A DNA stretch of 64,000 bases from Protoeuglena noctilucae (GCA_958009085.1 OY253674.1:558001-622000); one strand, 5' to 3'; positions 1-14,102 are shown, counted from the stretch's first letter. Made by a program: numbers and translations. The notes: a model not told the origin generated them from the letters alone.

Positions 1-1732
<1,732 letters not shown>

Positions 1733-1735
1733 CTT

Positions 1736-1754
1736 CCCCCCCCCCCCCCCCCCC
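1736..1754 (-). repeat. G19 homopolymer (C19 on + strand) in the MAPK 5' leader
   Basis: Run of 19 C ending 3 nt upstream of the minus-strand ATG. Confidence 0.9.
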
Positions 1755-2548
1755 GCTAAAAACGCCCTCCCCCTGAACGCCCCGCTGTGGCCGAAAGTCT
1801 GCGGAAACGGTCGCAGCGCCGGGTTCGGAAACACGGTGTCCCAATATGAGCCAGCAGAGAGCGACGCGGATGCCGCTGGACGCCCCGGGGGCCTCGTCAT
1901 GCGCCGAGATGCCGGGCACCTATGGGCCTTCGTCACTCCGCGGGCGCGGGAGCGGGGCTGCCCGTGCAATCCGACGGTACCCACGAAACGGAAATCTAAC
2001 CGGGGAACGGTCGGTCCCCGCTTCGACCGCGCCCAACGCGCTGACCTACCTTGTGCCTGAGCTCCGAGGGGTCCTGAGGCGCCGGGATCACGGATTCGTC
2101 ACGAAATCGCTCTGTTCCATCCAGCGAGCCCTGCCGGAGCTCCTTGCTTTTGTTCAGCCGCGGCCCCGGAGTCAGTAGGTTAACGACCGCCCCAGCGAAT
2201 TCGTTTCCCGATGCCACTGTTTTGGCAATCCCTGCCTTGCGATTCATCGCAGGTCTCTGCTGGCCTCCACGCGCGACGTAATTTTCACCTGTCTCGTGCA
2301 CGAAGAAAGCCGATGACAGTCAGCCCGTGTTTGGACAAGTGACGCGTCCATGGACACCGGGAGTCCTGGGGATTCCCCAGGGGACCCTGCAGGGCCCGCC
2401 CACGGCAGCGCAAGGTGCGACTGCGGGTCAGGGGCTCACTCGCGCCTGCCGGCTCACGCTGCCGGCGCCACGCGACAGTTTCCGGATATCTCTATTCTAC
2501 CGCAGAGCTGGAGCCAGCGAGAACAGGAATTCAGCGGCAGCGCGTGCC

Positions 2549-3925
2549 ATGGCGACGCGGGACCGAAGCGTGCGATGGGACGAGCAAAACCTTGAGGAGA
2601 ACGAGCGCATCAAGGCGCGACGCGTTGCTCGCTGCTAGCTGAATACAACTGCTCGAACTTGGCATCCTCGCGGGTTCCCCGCCCGCAGCATCGGACGGCC
2701 GAGTGGCGCCTCCTCTTGCCCGCAGGCTGCGCTCAACCCCCAGAAGATAGACGAGCCAAAGACGCCTTGGATGAGCCTGCGGCGGATGTCGGACGTGGAC
2801 GGCGACGAAGGCTCTCTCGGCAGCCTCGTGGGCTCGATGCGGGTGCGCAGCTCTGGGGAAAGCAGCCGAGCCACCTCGGAGGGTCCGATGGCGGGCACGG
2901 GGGGCCAGTCCGGCGTGGTCCCGGACGCAGGGACAGCGCCTGCGGTCCACGGGGCGCTCCGGGTCGTGTCGTCCTGGGGCGCACATGGGGGCAGCGCCCC
3001 CGCACCGGCGATCGTGGCGGGCGGTGGGCCGGGTCCCTCCGTCGCCCATGCCCCCCGTCGCGTGGGGCTGGCAGCCGGCCCACGGGCGGGGGGCTGGGAC
3101 TCGTCGGATTCTGACGAGAAGGGTGAAGGGAAGGAGGACCGGTGCGCCCGGTTCGCTGCGTTGCGCAGGGACCATTACCGCATGCGCGACGCCATGGCGA
3201 GGCGGGCGGCGGAGGCGGACGCGCGGGGTTCCGGGAACGCGACGTCGGCGTCGTCGTCCACGTCGAGCGATGGGAAGGAGGGGGCCCGGGTTGTGGCGGG
3301 GAGGGGCGACGAGGACGTGGAGATGGCGGGGGCAGGGAACCCAGGGCGGGTGCGGGTGCGGGTGGCGTGGGGGGAGTCGGGAGACGACGGGGACGCGTCC
3401 GGAGACCCACGGGCGGGGTCCGGGGCGAGGGGCGTGCGCCATGCGCGGTTTAGCGAGGGAGATGAGGCCGGGGGTGGCAGCGGGGCGCCGCATGTGGACC
3501 ATGAGAAGTTTGAGCGGCACCGGCGGGAGCATTACAACATGCGGGAGGCGATGATACGGGCGCGGGCGCTCCTGGGCGATGAGGGAGAGGACAGCGAGGG
3601 CAGCGGAGGGAACGAGGGTTTGGGCGAGAGCGGTGCGGTGGGACGGGGCAGCTGGGCCGTCCCGTCGACCAGGACTGGCGTCGGTGGCGCTGTTGGTGGC
3701 CGGAACGTGGCCTGGGACCACCAGGGGCACCATGAGGCGCTCACTAGTGGTCTGCCGGTGTCGACGGCCGTGTCTGCTGCGGCGGAGCAGGGACGGGGCC
3801 CGCCACGCATGCTGCAGCGCAAGCGGAGCATGTCGGAGAAGGGGGCGACACGTGCGGTGGCCATGGCAGCTGCGCCCGCGCCCTCGGGCCGGAGCCTGAC
3901 GTCGAGCTACACAGAGGAGGGGTGA
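2549..3925 (+). CDS. Protein phosphatase 1 inhibitor-2 (IPP-2) family protein
   Basis: Exon 1 (2549-2614) reads MATRDRSVRWDEQNLEENERIK. A GC-AG intron (2615-2725) joins it in frame to LNPQKIDEPKTPW, followed by FAALRRDHY and FERHRREHYNM, which are I-2 signature motifs. Confidence 0.85.
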
Positions 3926-4345
3926 GGGGTCATGCCGCGCCGGCCTGCGTCACGCGTCGGCGTCGGCGCGTCACTTACATTTATGACCCCGTGGTTCCTG
4001 GCACGCAGGGCCTTCCTGTCCGAGGGTCTCGGGCGCGTGCGGCACGACAAGCGCCTTTCGGACGCTCTGGAGGACTCCCGGCCAGATATAAGCGCCCCAG
4101 ATGACGCCAAGCGGCCCAAGCTGGATGCGGGGACAGGGACCTTGGGGGGGAGACCCTGGACCTGACACGCTGTGCCGTGCGTGTGCATCTCGCAAGGCTA
4201 CCCAATCTCTGACAATTGAAAGGCCCGCGATTTCAATGGGGCGCAGAAAAAGAAATGTTGAACAAATGGAATCTGATACCCAATCAGCGACAGTTTCACT
4301 TGCAAACGTTTGTTTCGTGCACAAACGGTGTGCCTCCGTGCACCA

Positions 4346-7300
4346 CTACGTGCGCAGCTGGATCTCGAGCGCTCCCGGGTTGAGGGCGCTGACCGCGTAC
4401 CACACGTCCGGCTGCGCGTCGAGCAGCTCGCACACGGATGGCTTGAGGCGCGCCTCCCCGTCCTGGCTGTGCAGTCCGCGGCCGACGATGGCCACCAGGC
4501 ACGCCTTCGTGCCCATCTTGTTCAGGGCGCGGATGATTTTCAGGTGCTGCTGGACGGTGTCCACCGCCTCGCGGACGTGCAGGCCGTGCAGGTCGATGGT
4601 GAAGCGGTTTGCGTTCTGGCGCTCGTTGACGGCGCGGAAGATGCGCTGGCCCGCCACCTCCTGCAAGGGCGGGCGGGGGACGACGGTGACGATGAGAGGG
4701 GCGGGGCGACGAACGCGGCAGGAGCCGTGCGGCCAAAGAGTCGGGTGGCTCGAGACCTTGACATGGCACGGACCACGTCACGAACACCCCTGGGCCCCAC
4801 ATACCGCTAACGCAAGCACACGCGCGTCTCACCTCGAGCGTGCGCCGCTTCTCCACCACCCGGCGCTTGAGCCGCTGGAACACGTGGGCCTTGTCGGCCT
4901 TCCCGGCGGCCTTCGCCTCGGTAATTTTCTGCTGCAGCTCCGCCTCCTTGTCGCGGAGGTCCTGGGCCTCTGCACGGTGCTGGCGATAGATGGTCTCCTG
5001 GTCGTACCTGCGGCGTAAAGGGTGATGGGGTGATCGATCAGCATGCCGCCGCGAACTTGTCACCGTGTTTGGGCATGCGCGACTGTACTCCGCGCGACGT
5101 CACCTGGGAGCTTCCACGGTGCGCACCAAGGGCCCGTGCTCCGAGCGGTACTCATCTCCCGGCACGTACATCACCGGGGCCCGCGGCACGGGGCGCGCGG
5201 CGCGCGGGGGCGGGGGCGGGGGCGGAGTGGCGGGCTCCGATTTGCGCGACACGTAGCCGTAGGCCTGCAGGACGCCCTGGGCGATGGAGACGTCCCATCT
5301 CGACGTCTGCAGGACGGTCTTTAACGAGTCGGTCGCCACGGTGGGGTAGAGCTCCGCCAGGTGAGCCATCTGCGACTTGAAAAAGAGGATCCGCGCGATC
5401 AACGCAGCCCACTCCACACCAGCCACTGGGCCAAAAGCGTGACAGCCGACGCGCACGGAGAGCGCGCAATGGCTCCTTCCGCCTCGCCCCCACCTTGGCC
5501 GCGTGCTCGTCGTCAGTGGCACCGGACGGCGCAGGCGCAGCGTCCTGCCCGGCCACCCCAGCCATGCGCGCCCGGAACTGGGCCTTGTACTCCTCCACCT
5601 CCGCTTCCGTCAGCTCCACGCCCTGCTCCCGCGCCATCGCCCGCACGCGCTCCACCTGGGCCAGCAGCGCCTCCGCGGCTCCCGCCCCCGCGGCCGTCAC
5701 CGCGTCCGCGACCGCCGGCACCCCCAGGGAGTCGCGCAGCAGGTCCCGGGCCATGTCGACGTCGTCCCCCGCGGCCTCGAGCGCGTTCCGCAGCTCTCCC
5801 CGCGTCGCGCTGGGGAAGTCCAGCTGCAGCACCTCCAGCAGAGCCCCGTGGCTGCGGGCCAGCACCGTGGCCGTGCCGTCCGCACCCTCGACCCCCTCCT
5901 CGCCCTCGCCGCCGCTCGACAGCCGCGTCCTGCCCAGCGCGTGCTCGACGCTCCTTGTCTCCCGCACGACGTCGTCCAGTGTCGCGAGGTTGAGCGCCGG
6001 CGCATGGCCGTCGCCGGCCGCCGCGCCGCCGCTCCGGGAGCTCGAGCGGGACGAGGAGCTCGCCCCGCCGGCGATCTGCGTAGGCAGAGGACGTGGGCGG
6101 TGGGGGACCAGCAGGCGGCTGCCGAAGTGGGCAACGCAGGGCGAGGCGCTAAGCACACACCACTGTGGCCACGATGCGGTCGAGGTTTTCGCGGAATGCG
6201 TCCTGCAACGACTCCATCATGCCTTCCTGCGAGGGGAATGCGCGGTGGGAATGCGGGGCCATGGCTCAGCAACCGCTGCGTTGCGCGCAGGGTCGCGGCC
6301 TGCGTGGCCACAGCCACTCACCTCCGGCTCGGTCTCCATTCTAGCAATGCAGTCCACGATCCACTCCACTTCGGACTGCGGGGAAGCACGGGCCGGGCCT
6401 TGGCTGAGTAGGACTGCTGCAGGCAGAGTTCACGCGCACGTCACTCGGGACGCCCCTCACTCACCAAGTCACAGCGGGCCTGGACTGCAAGGTCCAAATC
6501 CTTCATCACGTGGTCCATGTAACTGAGCAGCGCGGCCGCGACGGTCGCCGCAGAGCCCCGGGGGCCCCCGTGGCTGCTGCCCGCACCGGCCGACCCGCCC
6601 GCGTCTGTTGTGCTGACTTTCGTGACCCTATCCTGACCCTGCGGGCCGGAGAGGGTGCGAAGATGACATCCATGGTACATCACCATGCGTAAACAAAATA
6701 ACCAAAGTCTCCCGGATGTCTTGCACTGCGTCCGTCACCATCGCACGTGGCGTTGCACCTGGGGGTCAGGAGCGGGTCCCTGGGGTAAGCCCTCCCCTGG
6801 CGCGCAGCCAGGGGTGGCGAGGGGCTGGTTACAGCCCCTGTCCGCTGGCGGCTGCGGGGAAGGTCCCCCGGCAGCCGCCGCGCTCTTGATCATCTCCATA
6901 CGATCCACGCTGTCGTAGAGCTCCTCAGTTACAAACTGCTCGCATCTGCAGCAACGCGAGAACGTTGCGGGCGGTCAGAGCCGCTCCTGGCACAACCTGC
7001 TCACTGCTCGCGCGCCGCTTCAGCTCCCGCACCTGAGAAGGGGCCCCTGGAGCACGCCGCTCTCGCGCAAGGCGAGGCTTTGGTCGGTGAGGCTGACCGG
7101 GCTCGCGTTTGGGACCCAGAAGGGCCACGCCGGCCACCACTGCCGGCGCCACTGTGAGCGGCAGTTGTCCTGGAACTGCCGGTGCACCAGCATCACGCCC
7201 TCCGTGGCGACGGCCGCCGCGCGAGCAGCCGCGTCCCCGCGAGCGTCCCCCGCCGCCGCCCGCCGCGCCGCCTCGACGACGGCCGCGAGCGCCACCACGT

Positions 7301-8351
7301 CCGGGTGCGCGCTGCCCAGGACAGCCTCCTTGGCCGCCCGCAGCGCGATTGCCAGATCCAAGCACGCGGCACCCCGGCCCTGCCGCAAGCGCAGCCCGAC
7401 CAGAGCCCCCGCCGCATCCCACACGCTCGCGTCCGCGACACGCCCCGGACCCCCCGCAGCCTCTAAGGCCGCCTCCAGCACCAGCTCCGCCTCCGACGCG
7501 TTCCCCATAGCCCCGTGGCACTCGCCAAGGCGAAGCATGGTGGTCACGAGGTCCGAGCGCCGCGGTTCTTGCGACTGCTGCAGAGCCGCCAGGGCCAGCT
7601 GGTAATGCCGCACGGCGCCGGGCAGGTCGCCCAGCTCGCGTAAGCACGCGGCCAGGTCGCACCGTGCTCCGAGCGCCGCGGGGCTGGCGCCGGGCAGGGC
7701 CGGGAGCAGGTTCTCCAGGAGCCGCATCGCATCGGCCGCCTTGCCAGCCCGGCAGAGGCAGCGGCACCAGCGGCGGGCGCACTCGACCGCAGCGCTGTCG
7801 CTGGGACCCACGGCGGTGAGGAGCGCGTCGAAGGCAGCGCTGTAAGCCGCCAGCGCCTCGTCCGTCTGCCCTAGCTCGTCATAACATCGCGCCACCTCCA
7901 GGACGAGCAGGGCCGTCCCCGGGTCGCGGGGTGAGGCCACGCGCCCCAACTTAACATGGAGCGCTGCGAGCGTCGCGCGTAGCTCCTCCGGTGCACGAGG
8001 CGGTCTGTCTGGAGAGCCTGGGTGACCAAGCGCTCCTCGCGACGCCTGCGCCGGAGAGGTGCGCCGTGGCGGGGGCGCGGGCGCGCCTTCGACGAACGCG
8101 TGAGGTAGCCACGCGCCGTCGCTGGGCGCCGACGCCGGAGCTACGCCGTGAAAGCCGTCGCTGTCCCTGGTCACGGGCATGGAGCTTCGAGCGTCCGGGG
8201 GATGCGGGAAAAAGCCGGACTCATCGGCCAAGCTCGCGGCCGCGGCTTCCAAATTGTTCGCCTGTAGCATAAGGACTCTGCGAAGAAGCTGAGGATCCCT
8301 GTCGGGGTAAATTCCTCGCAACGTGGCGAGCCCAGCTGCTAGATCCGCCAT
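4346..8351 (-). CDS. Multi-exon CUE + TPR + CUE/CUE + DUF1771-like + Smr-domain protein (Cue2/N4BP2/NONU-1-like nuclease)
   Basis: N-terminal CUE-like LRGIYPDRDPQLLRRVLMLQANNLEAAAASL; TPR-like repeats; CUE-like LQLDFPSATRGELRNALEAAGDDVDMARDLL and LAELYPTVATDSLKTVLQTSRWDVSIAQGVL; C-terminal Smr IDLHGLHVREA...IVGRGLHS...LKPSV...NPGALEI. A phase-0 intron (6758-6639) joins the TPR and Smr halves. Without it these are two genes. Confidence 0.7.
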
Positions 8352-9118
8352 GGTGATGCGAGACGCAATATCAACGAACGCTGTGCGCAAATGTCGCAGT
8401 GAGGGAGTTCTGAGGGCGCGGGGAGAGCGGGGCGCGGTTGGGTTTGGTGCGCGGACTGGCACGTTGTTTCGGGCATCTGGAATGGAAGCTAGCGTAGGAG
8501 CGTGCGGGGCGTCGCACGCGATATTTGACAGGTGCAGCGCCGGGTGGCTCTCTCGAAGCACCAGCATCTCCTCGGGAGCGGCGGAGCGGGCCCCCTGACG
8601 AGGTGAGCCCCCCTCGCGCGGAGAGCCGCGGTGACCTGCTTAAGATGTCGACGATTTATCTGCTCGACGGCTGCCCGCGCCCTCTTGCGGCGCGTCTCGC
8701 TTGTTTGGGGCGGAAACCCCATCCCGCCGAAATTCGGCGCCCTCCCGCGCTGGACGTCCTGTCGGGGAGCTCCCATGCGCATTTCCGTTTGTTGATTACC
8801 GGAAGCGACCCTCGAGGGGCGCGCTGACGACCCGCCCGCCGCTCTCCGACACTCGCCTCTCGGTCACGGCGGGGTCGGACGCCGACACTTGGTCGACGCG
8901 TGCTGGCAGGCGCCCTTTCGGAGCAGTTCCGCCGCTTGCTTCCTTCGATCCCCCGTCGGCCGTTGTATCTGCCCTGCGCGAGGCGCACGCGGGCGGTGTG
9001 TGGTTCTGGACGGGTCATCGGCGCCCCCCGCCCACACCCGCGCCTGGGGCGTCGCCGTTGCCTCCGAGCTGCTGACGCGGTGTTCCCCAGCCGCCGCTCA
9101 CGGCCGCGTCCGCCCGCG

Positions 9119-9661
9119 ATGGCGTCCGCCAGGGCCGTGCACCTGCGCCTGCTCCGGGCGTGCGCCAAGAGTGACGACGCGCGCCCTGGCGCCGCGACCT
9201 GTGCCGCGTCGCGACGTTTGGGTGCTTGAGAAACCATGGGGCGTCCATACGTGGCCCCGCGCGCCGGGACGCGAGTTTCCGCCCGCCCCTCCGCCCCCAG
9301 CGTTTCGAGGGGACGCTGAGACGCACGCGAAGGCCCTGGCGGAGATCCGCTCCCACTTTCGGAAAAACGCGCACTTGACGGACCCGGGAGAGGTCCAGCA
9401 GGCTCTCTCGTCGGGACTTGAGGCCGCAAATTTCATTGCCAACGTGACCCTCCTGGCCCCCCTCCCTCGCGTGCCCTTGGCATCTCCTCGGTGCCCGTTT
9501 GGTTTCACGACGATCCGTCCCTCTCGTGTCTGCAGTACATCGTCCAGGGAACGCTGAACGAGCGCGGGAACCTCGTGGTACGGCCCCAGACCACCCTCAA
9601 AGACATCACCATCACCCCCGATCCCCTCACCGAGTCGGACGAGGGCTGCAAGCGCCACTGA
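9119..9661 (+). CDS. LYRM7: LYR-motif protein LYRM7/MZM1-like (complex III Rieske chaperone)
   Basis: Three exons give MASARAVHLRLLRACAKTFRGDAETHAKALAEIRSHFRKN...GLEAANFIANYIVQGTLNERGN..., matching the LYR/F.GD/F/VQG pattern of MZM1. Confidence 0.75.
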
Positions 9662-9759
9662 CAAGGTCAGAAAGAAGGCTCAGTGTCGCGGGGACCCTCG
9701 CCGGCCGACCGTCACGATGGCAGATGTACGAATCGACCCTGTCGCGCGTGCCCGCAGAG

Positions 9760-11395
9760 ATGGCCCTCCAGACAGCCGCGGCCGCCCGGGTCCGCCCGGG
9801 CGCGGCCGGCATCCGCCACGCCAGGCACTCCGCTCGGTCCTCTAGCCGCGCCATCCCTCGCGTGCGCTCGACGGGCGACGGAGCCCAGGCCGGCATCGGC
9901 GTCGAGATTGTGGATCCCCCCGGTGGACCCGCTGACGCGGCCCAGCACCCGCCGAGGTCTGCTAGCCCGCTTCCTACGGTGTCGAGATCGACTCCCAGCC
10001 CCACCCCCGCTGCCGGCCCGCCCAGGCCCGTCATGCAGCCCGGCACCATGCCGGCATCGGCCGCCCACGTCCTGGCCGGCACGCCGGGCCCCGCGGGAGC
10101 TGGCCCCGCTTCCTCCTTCCCTGGCCAGCCGACCGGCGGGGCGTGGGCCTCCGCGGCTGCGGCCGCCCGGCCGCCGGTGACGGCATCCCAGGTCAAGCCC
10201 CCGGTGGTCTCCGTTAAGCCGGCGGGGTCTCCGCCGGCCGGCGCCCAGCCGTTGCCGCGGATCACGTCCGCGGCCAACATGAGCGGGGGCTACAACGGGC
10301 CGCAGGGTGCGCCGCCGATGGCGCCGCCAATGGCGAGGGCCGCGCCCCCGATGGGCGTCGCCAGCCCTGCGGTCGGGGCTCCGCGCGCCCCGACGGGCCC
10401 CCCGATGCCGCCGGGCGCAGCGCCGTACTCGATGGCGAGGCCGGGGCCGCCCCCGACGGCCATGCCCGTGCGCCCTGCGCCGGCCGCGCCCGCCTCAAGG
10501 CCAGGCTCGGTTCCTCCCCCGGGTGGCATCCGGACGGGGGCCCCTGAGGTCAGCTACGCGGCCGTGTCCCTCCACGATAAGCCCCCGGGCGACGTCTCTT
10601 TTGACGACCTGACGGCGCAGGCCACCTCGCGGATCGAGGCGCAGCTGCAGGGCACGACAGTCCAGGACCTCCTGGCTCAGGTGCGGTGCCGACGGGGCTG
10701 CGGTGGCTGCAGTGGAGGAGGCTTGCGTCATCGTCATCGCGTGAGCCCTCGTCTCGTGTGCAGAAGGAGCGCCAGCTGCAGAGCATGCTGGAGCCGAGGC
10801 CCGGCCGCCTGCCGCCCCGGTCGTCCGAGGTGGCTCCCCTGCGCGAGGAGATCAACATCCTCGAGTCCATGCTGCGCCGCGGCGTGATGCGGCCCGCGGA
10901 GCTGGCCGGCCAGACGGCGCCGGTGAGGGCGGTGGCGACGGGCAGAGAGACATGCCCCGGAGTTCGCGGCAGCTGGAGAGTGACCCGCTGCGCCTCCTGT
11001 GCCGCAGATCCCCGTCATCCAGGACCGCGCCAAGTTGGAGGCGGAGGCCGTCCTCGAGCGTATCCGCTCGCTCAGCAAGAGGGCCAACGAGATTGGTGTG
11101 TGGCGATGCTGGCCGTAGTGCAGGGCTGGCAAGTCTCCCGCCGGCCGGCGTGACGCCAGCTCGCGTCTTCCCCCTTGCAGGCTACAAGGACATGGCGACG
11201 ATCAACGCCATCCAGTCTGACCTGGAGACTCTGGAGCGGGAGAACAGCATCCTGCGCGGCATGGCCGAGGACTTACTCAAGGCCAAGGCGGTGCTCGAGG
11301 AGAAGAGGAAGAGCATGCTGGCCGAAAGCGCCGCCAAATACGCCAGGCGCAGCTTCCCCGGCGACTACAGCGACCAGGAGGCGGTCTGGGACTGA
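9760..11395 (+). CDS. Unknown, probably plastid-targeted, Pro/Ala-rich protein with a C-terminal coiled coil
   Basis: Transit-peptide-like start MALQTAAAARVRPG...RAIPRVRS; long Pro-rich exon; three GT-AG introns join in frame to a coiled-coil tail ending DQEAVWD*. Confidence 0.7.
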
Positions 11396-11523
11396 CACTG
11401 GCGCGCGCTCTGGCTTGTGCTCTGGCGCTGCGCGGCGTTTCTATCGTCGCCTGTCGCGCGCTCCGATCCCAGTTACGCTTGAACGTGTCCGAGCAAGCGC
11501 CTTGACAAAAGAAAGCAGCGGGA

Positions 11524-12415
11524 ATGGCGGCCCTCGCGACGTTCCGGGCCCCGCCAATCCAATGTGCTCATACGCCACGCAGGCAGCAGCGCCTGCTCGT
11601 CGCTCCGCACCCTCCGGCGAGGGTGCGGGATTGTAAAGAGACTACCTTGCGTTGCGGCGTTCGAGCGCACGCGAAGAGGCGCGACGACGAGCGGAGCAGC
11701 AGGTGGGTGGCAGGAAAATTTCCGGGGTGAACTCCACTCGGCGGAGGGCGGCGTGAGCGGCAGCGGAGCATGAAGAACGAATCCGTGCAACCTCTTCCAT
11801 TGGCTGCGCAGGGTCCAGGAGACGTTCGTCGATGTGGCGAAGGAGATTGTCCGTCGTATCCCTCCGCAACAGCTGGCCGCTCTCGTGGCCGTTGGCGGGG
11901 TGGGTCTGTTGCTTGTCGGGCCAGCTCTCCTCGCCGTCGCCATGACGGGAGCGACCATTGCGCTGAGCATGGTGGTCGCTGGCTCCGTCATCGTCCCGAT
12001 GATGATGGGCCTCGCCTCGCTTGCCTTCGTGGCTGCGTTCCTTTTCCCCATCGGCGGGATGCTTCTGCCGTTCACGTTCATGGGGCTGGTGGCAGCGAAG
12101 AGCATCGCAATGGTGGTGTCAGGCGCGCTGGGCTTTGGCACCATCGCTGCTCTCCTATGGTTCTCCTCCAACAAGGTTTGAGCCGGCTGCAATGGCACAC
12201 CGAGCGCGGCCGCTGCCCTCATCCCTCCCCTGACGCCTGCCCACTCGAGTTCTTCGCAGGGCTCGAAGGTGTCCAGCAGCGTGATTGACGTGGAGCCGAC
12301 GCTGCGGATGGGGGACGACGAGGAGGCGCAGGAGGAGGCCAAAAAACGCAAGTTGGAGCTGGAGGAGTTTGACGAGCTGCTCCGGCGGCGGGAGGCGTTC
12401 AAGAACCGCATTTAG
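11524..12415 (+). CDS. Unknown, probably chloroplast, membrane protein
   Basis: Transit-like exon 1 (MAALATFRAPP...), a long hydrophobic exon (11811-12175), and an acidic tail ...ELEEFDELLRRREAFKNRI*. Two introns restore the frame. Confidence 0.65.
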
Positions 12416-12635
12416 AAAGGCGCCATGTTAGACTGGCGCTGGCGCTGCTTGCCAGGAACCATCAGCGGTCCTTGCTTTTTGAAGATGCCACTTGTACTGT
12501 GGAAAGACAGCGAGTCGGACGGGGAGCTCGAGAACTCGCTGTAGATAACGGTGCTGCTGCTGGCTGAGCGGATACCCCCCTCATTTGCTCCGCCCGTCCC
12601 ACGGAGCGCGCCCGGAACGGTGGAAACCAGCGCAA

Positions 12636-13991
12636 ATGGAAGATTATCGGTACCCCAACGTGTCCTGGTCGTGGGCGGAGGACGGAGGAAGGACGGAGCC
12701 CGCGTCGAGCGCGCCGCCCACCGTCGCCCCTCCCAGCGCTGCGCCCGCCCTCACCCAGTGCCGCAAAGCCGTGGTGATCGGCATCAACTACATCGGCGAC
12801 AGCTGCGAGCTCGCTGGGTGCATCAACGACGCGGAGTGCATGGCGTATGCTCTTCGGAAGCACTTCAGCTTCCAGGACGACGAGATTGTCATGCTTCGGG
12901 ACGACCGGCCCCATCCTGACTTCTACCCGACGCGGGACAACATCCTCCGGGCCCTGTCGTGGGTGAGTCGTGCCATGCTGGGTTTTGGTATCAGGGCATC
13001 AGGGACGAGTTGGCCTTTTCTTAAAAGGCCAACGTGGGTTTGTGTGCCTCGCAGCTAATGCAAGACGTGACGAGCGGGAGCTCCCTCTTCCTCTCCTTCT
13101 CGGGCCACGGGACGCAAGTGCGCGACGAGGACGGCGACGAGGCGGACGGGTACGACGAGGCGATCTGCCCCAGAGACTACGCCACCGCGGGTCTCTTGGT
13201 AGACGACGACCTCAACCGCCTCCTGGTACAACCCCTCCCACGAGGCGCCCGCCTGCACGCGGTCATCGACGCCTGTCACAGCGGATCCGCGCTGGACCTG
13301 ACCTACATCGCACGGCGGCACAGCGGAGCGGTGCAGTGGGTGCAGGAGCTCCCGGGTCCCGTCCCTCAGTTCAAGGGGACCGCCGGTGGAGTCGTGGTGC
13401 AGTTCGGCGCGTGTCAGGACGCCCAGACGGCCCAGGACACGAGGACGCTCGCGAAGGTGCCAATGCCCTGCCGCATGCCATGTGGTGCGGCACCCTCAGT
13501 GTTGCCACACGTAGAGCAGCGTCGTGCCAACCGCCGCGCTCTGCATCTGCAGGGCGTCGCCACCGGAGCAGCCACGTTCACCTTCCTGGATGCAATGGAG
13601 CGATTTGGCCCGAGGCAGTCCTACGCGCAGCTGATCAGCAACATGGAGGACGCGCTCCGACGAGCCACCAAGCCCAAGCTGGGCACGGTGACGCTGCTTG
13701 CGCTGGCACGGAGGGCCCTCCTGGGCGCGCGCTCTGCTCGCTACATGTGACATGGTCACAACGCAAGCGTCTCTCTTTGGCCCTGCGCAGACGTTGGTTC
13801 CGGCGCTGACCTCCGCCGTCATGGGCATGCTGGCGTCGGGCGAGAGTGCCCTCCTCAGCAGCTCCGCCGCCGCCGTGGTCACCACCGTGAACGGGGTCCG
13901 CCGGGCTCTCAACCCGGCGCAGAAGCCCCAGCTGTCCGCGAGCGCGCCCTTCAACCTCGACGTGCCGATCGCCATCGCCCAGCCCCAGTGA
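12636..13991 (+). CDS. Type I metacaspase
   Basis: RKAVVIGINY...LAGCINDA, catalytic FSGHG and IDACHSG, DGDEADGYDEAICP, and C-terminal QKPQLSAS. Confidence 0.93.
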
Positions 13992-14102
13992 CGGCCCATT
14001 CCTAACCAGGTCAACTGAGCCCCCTATCGCTGCGCTCGCGCCTGCTTCTGGCTTCTGACTTGACGTCAGCTCTTGAATCGCCGTGCCAGTTTCCACGCAC
14101 CA

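Noticed and set aside
8489..8782. 97-aa minus-strand ORF between the CUE-TPR-Smr gene and LYRM7
   Set aside because: No recognisable domain or convincing splice linkage; may be promoter or UTR sequence.
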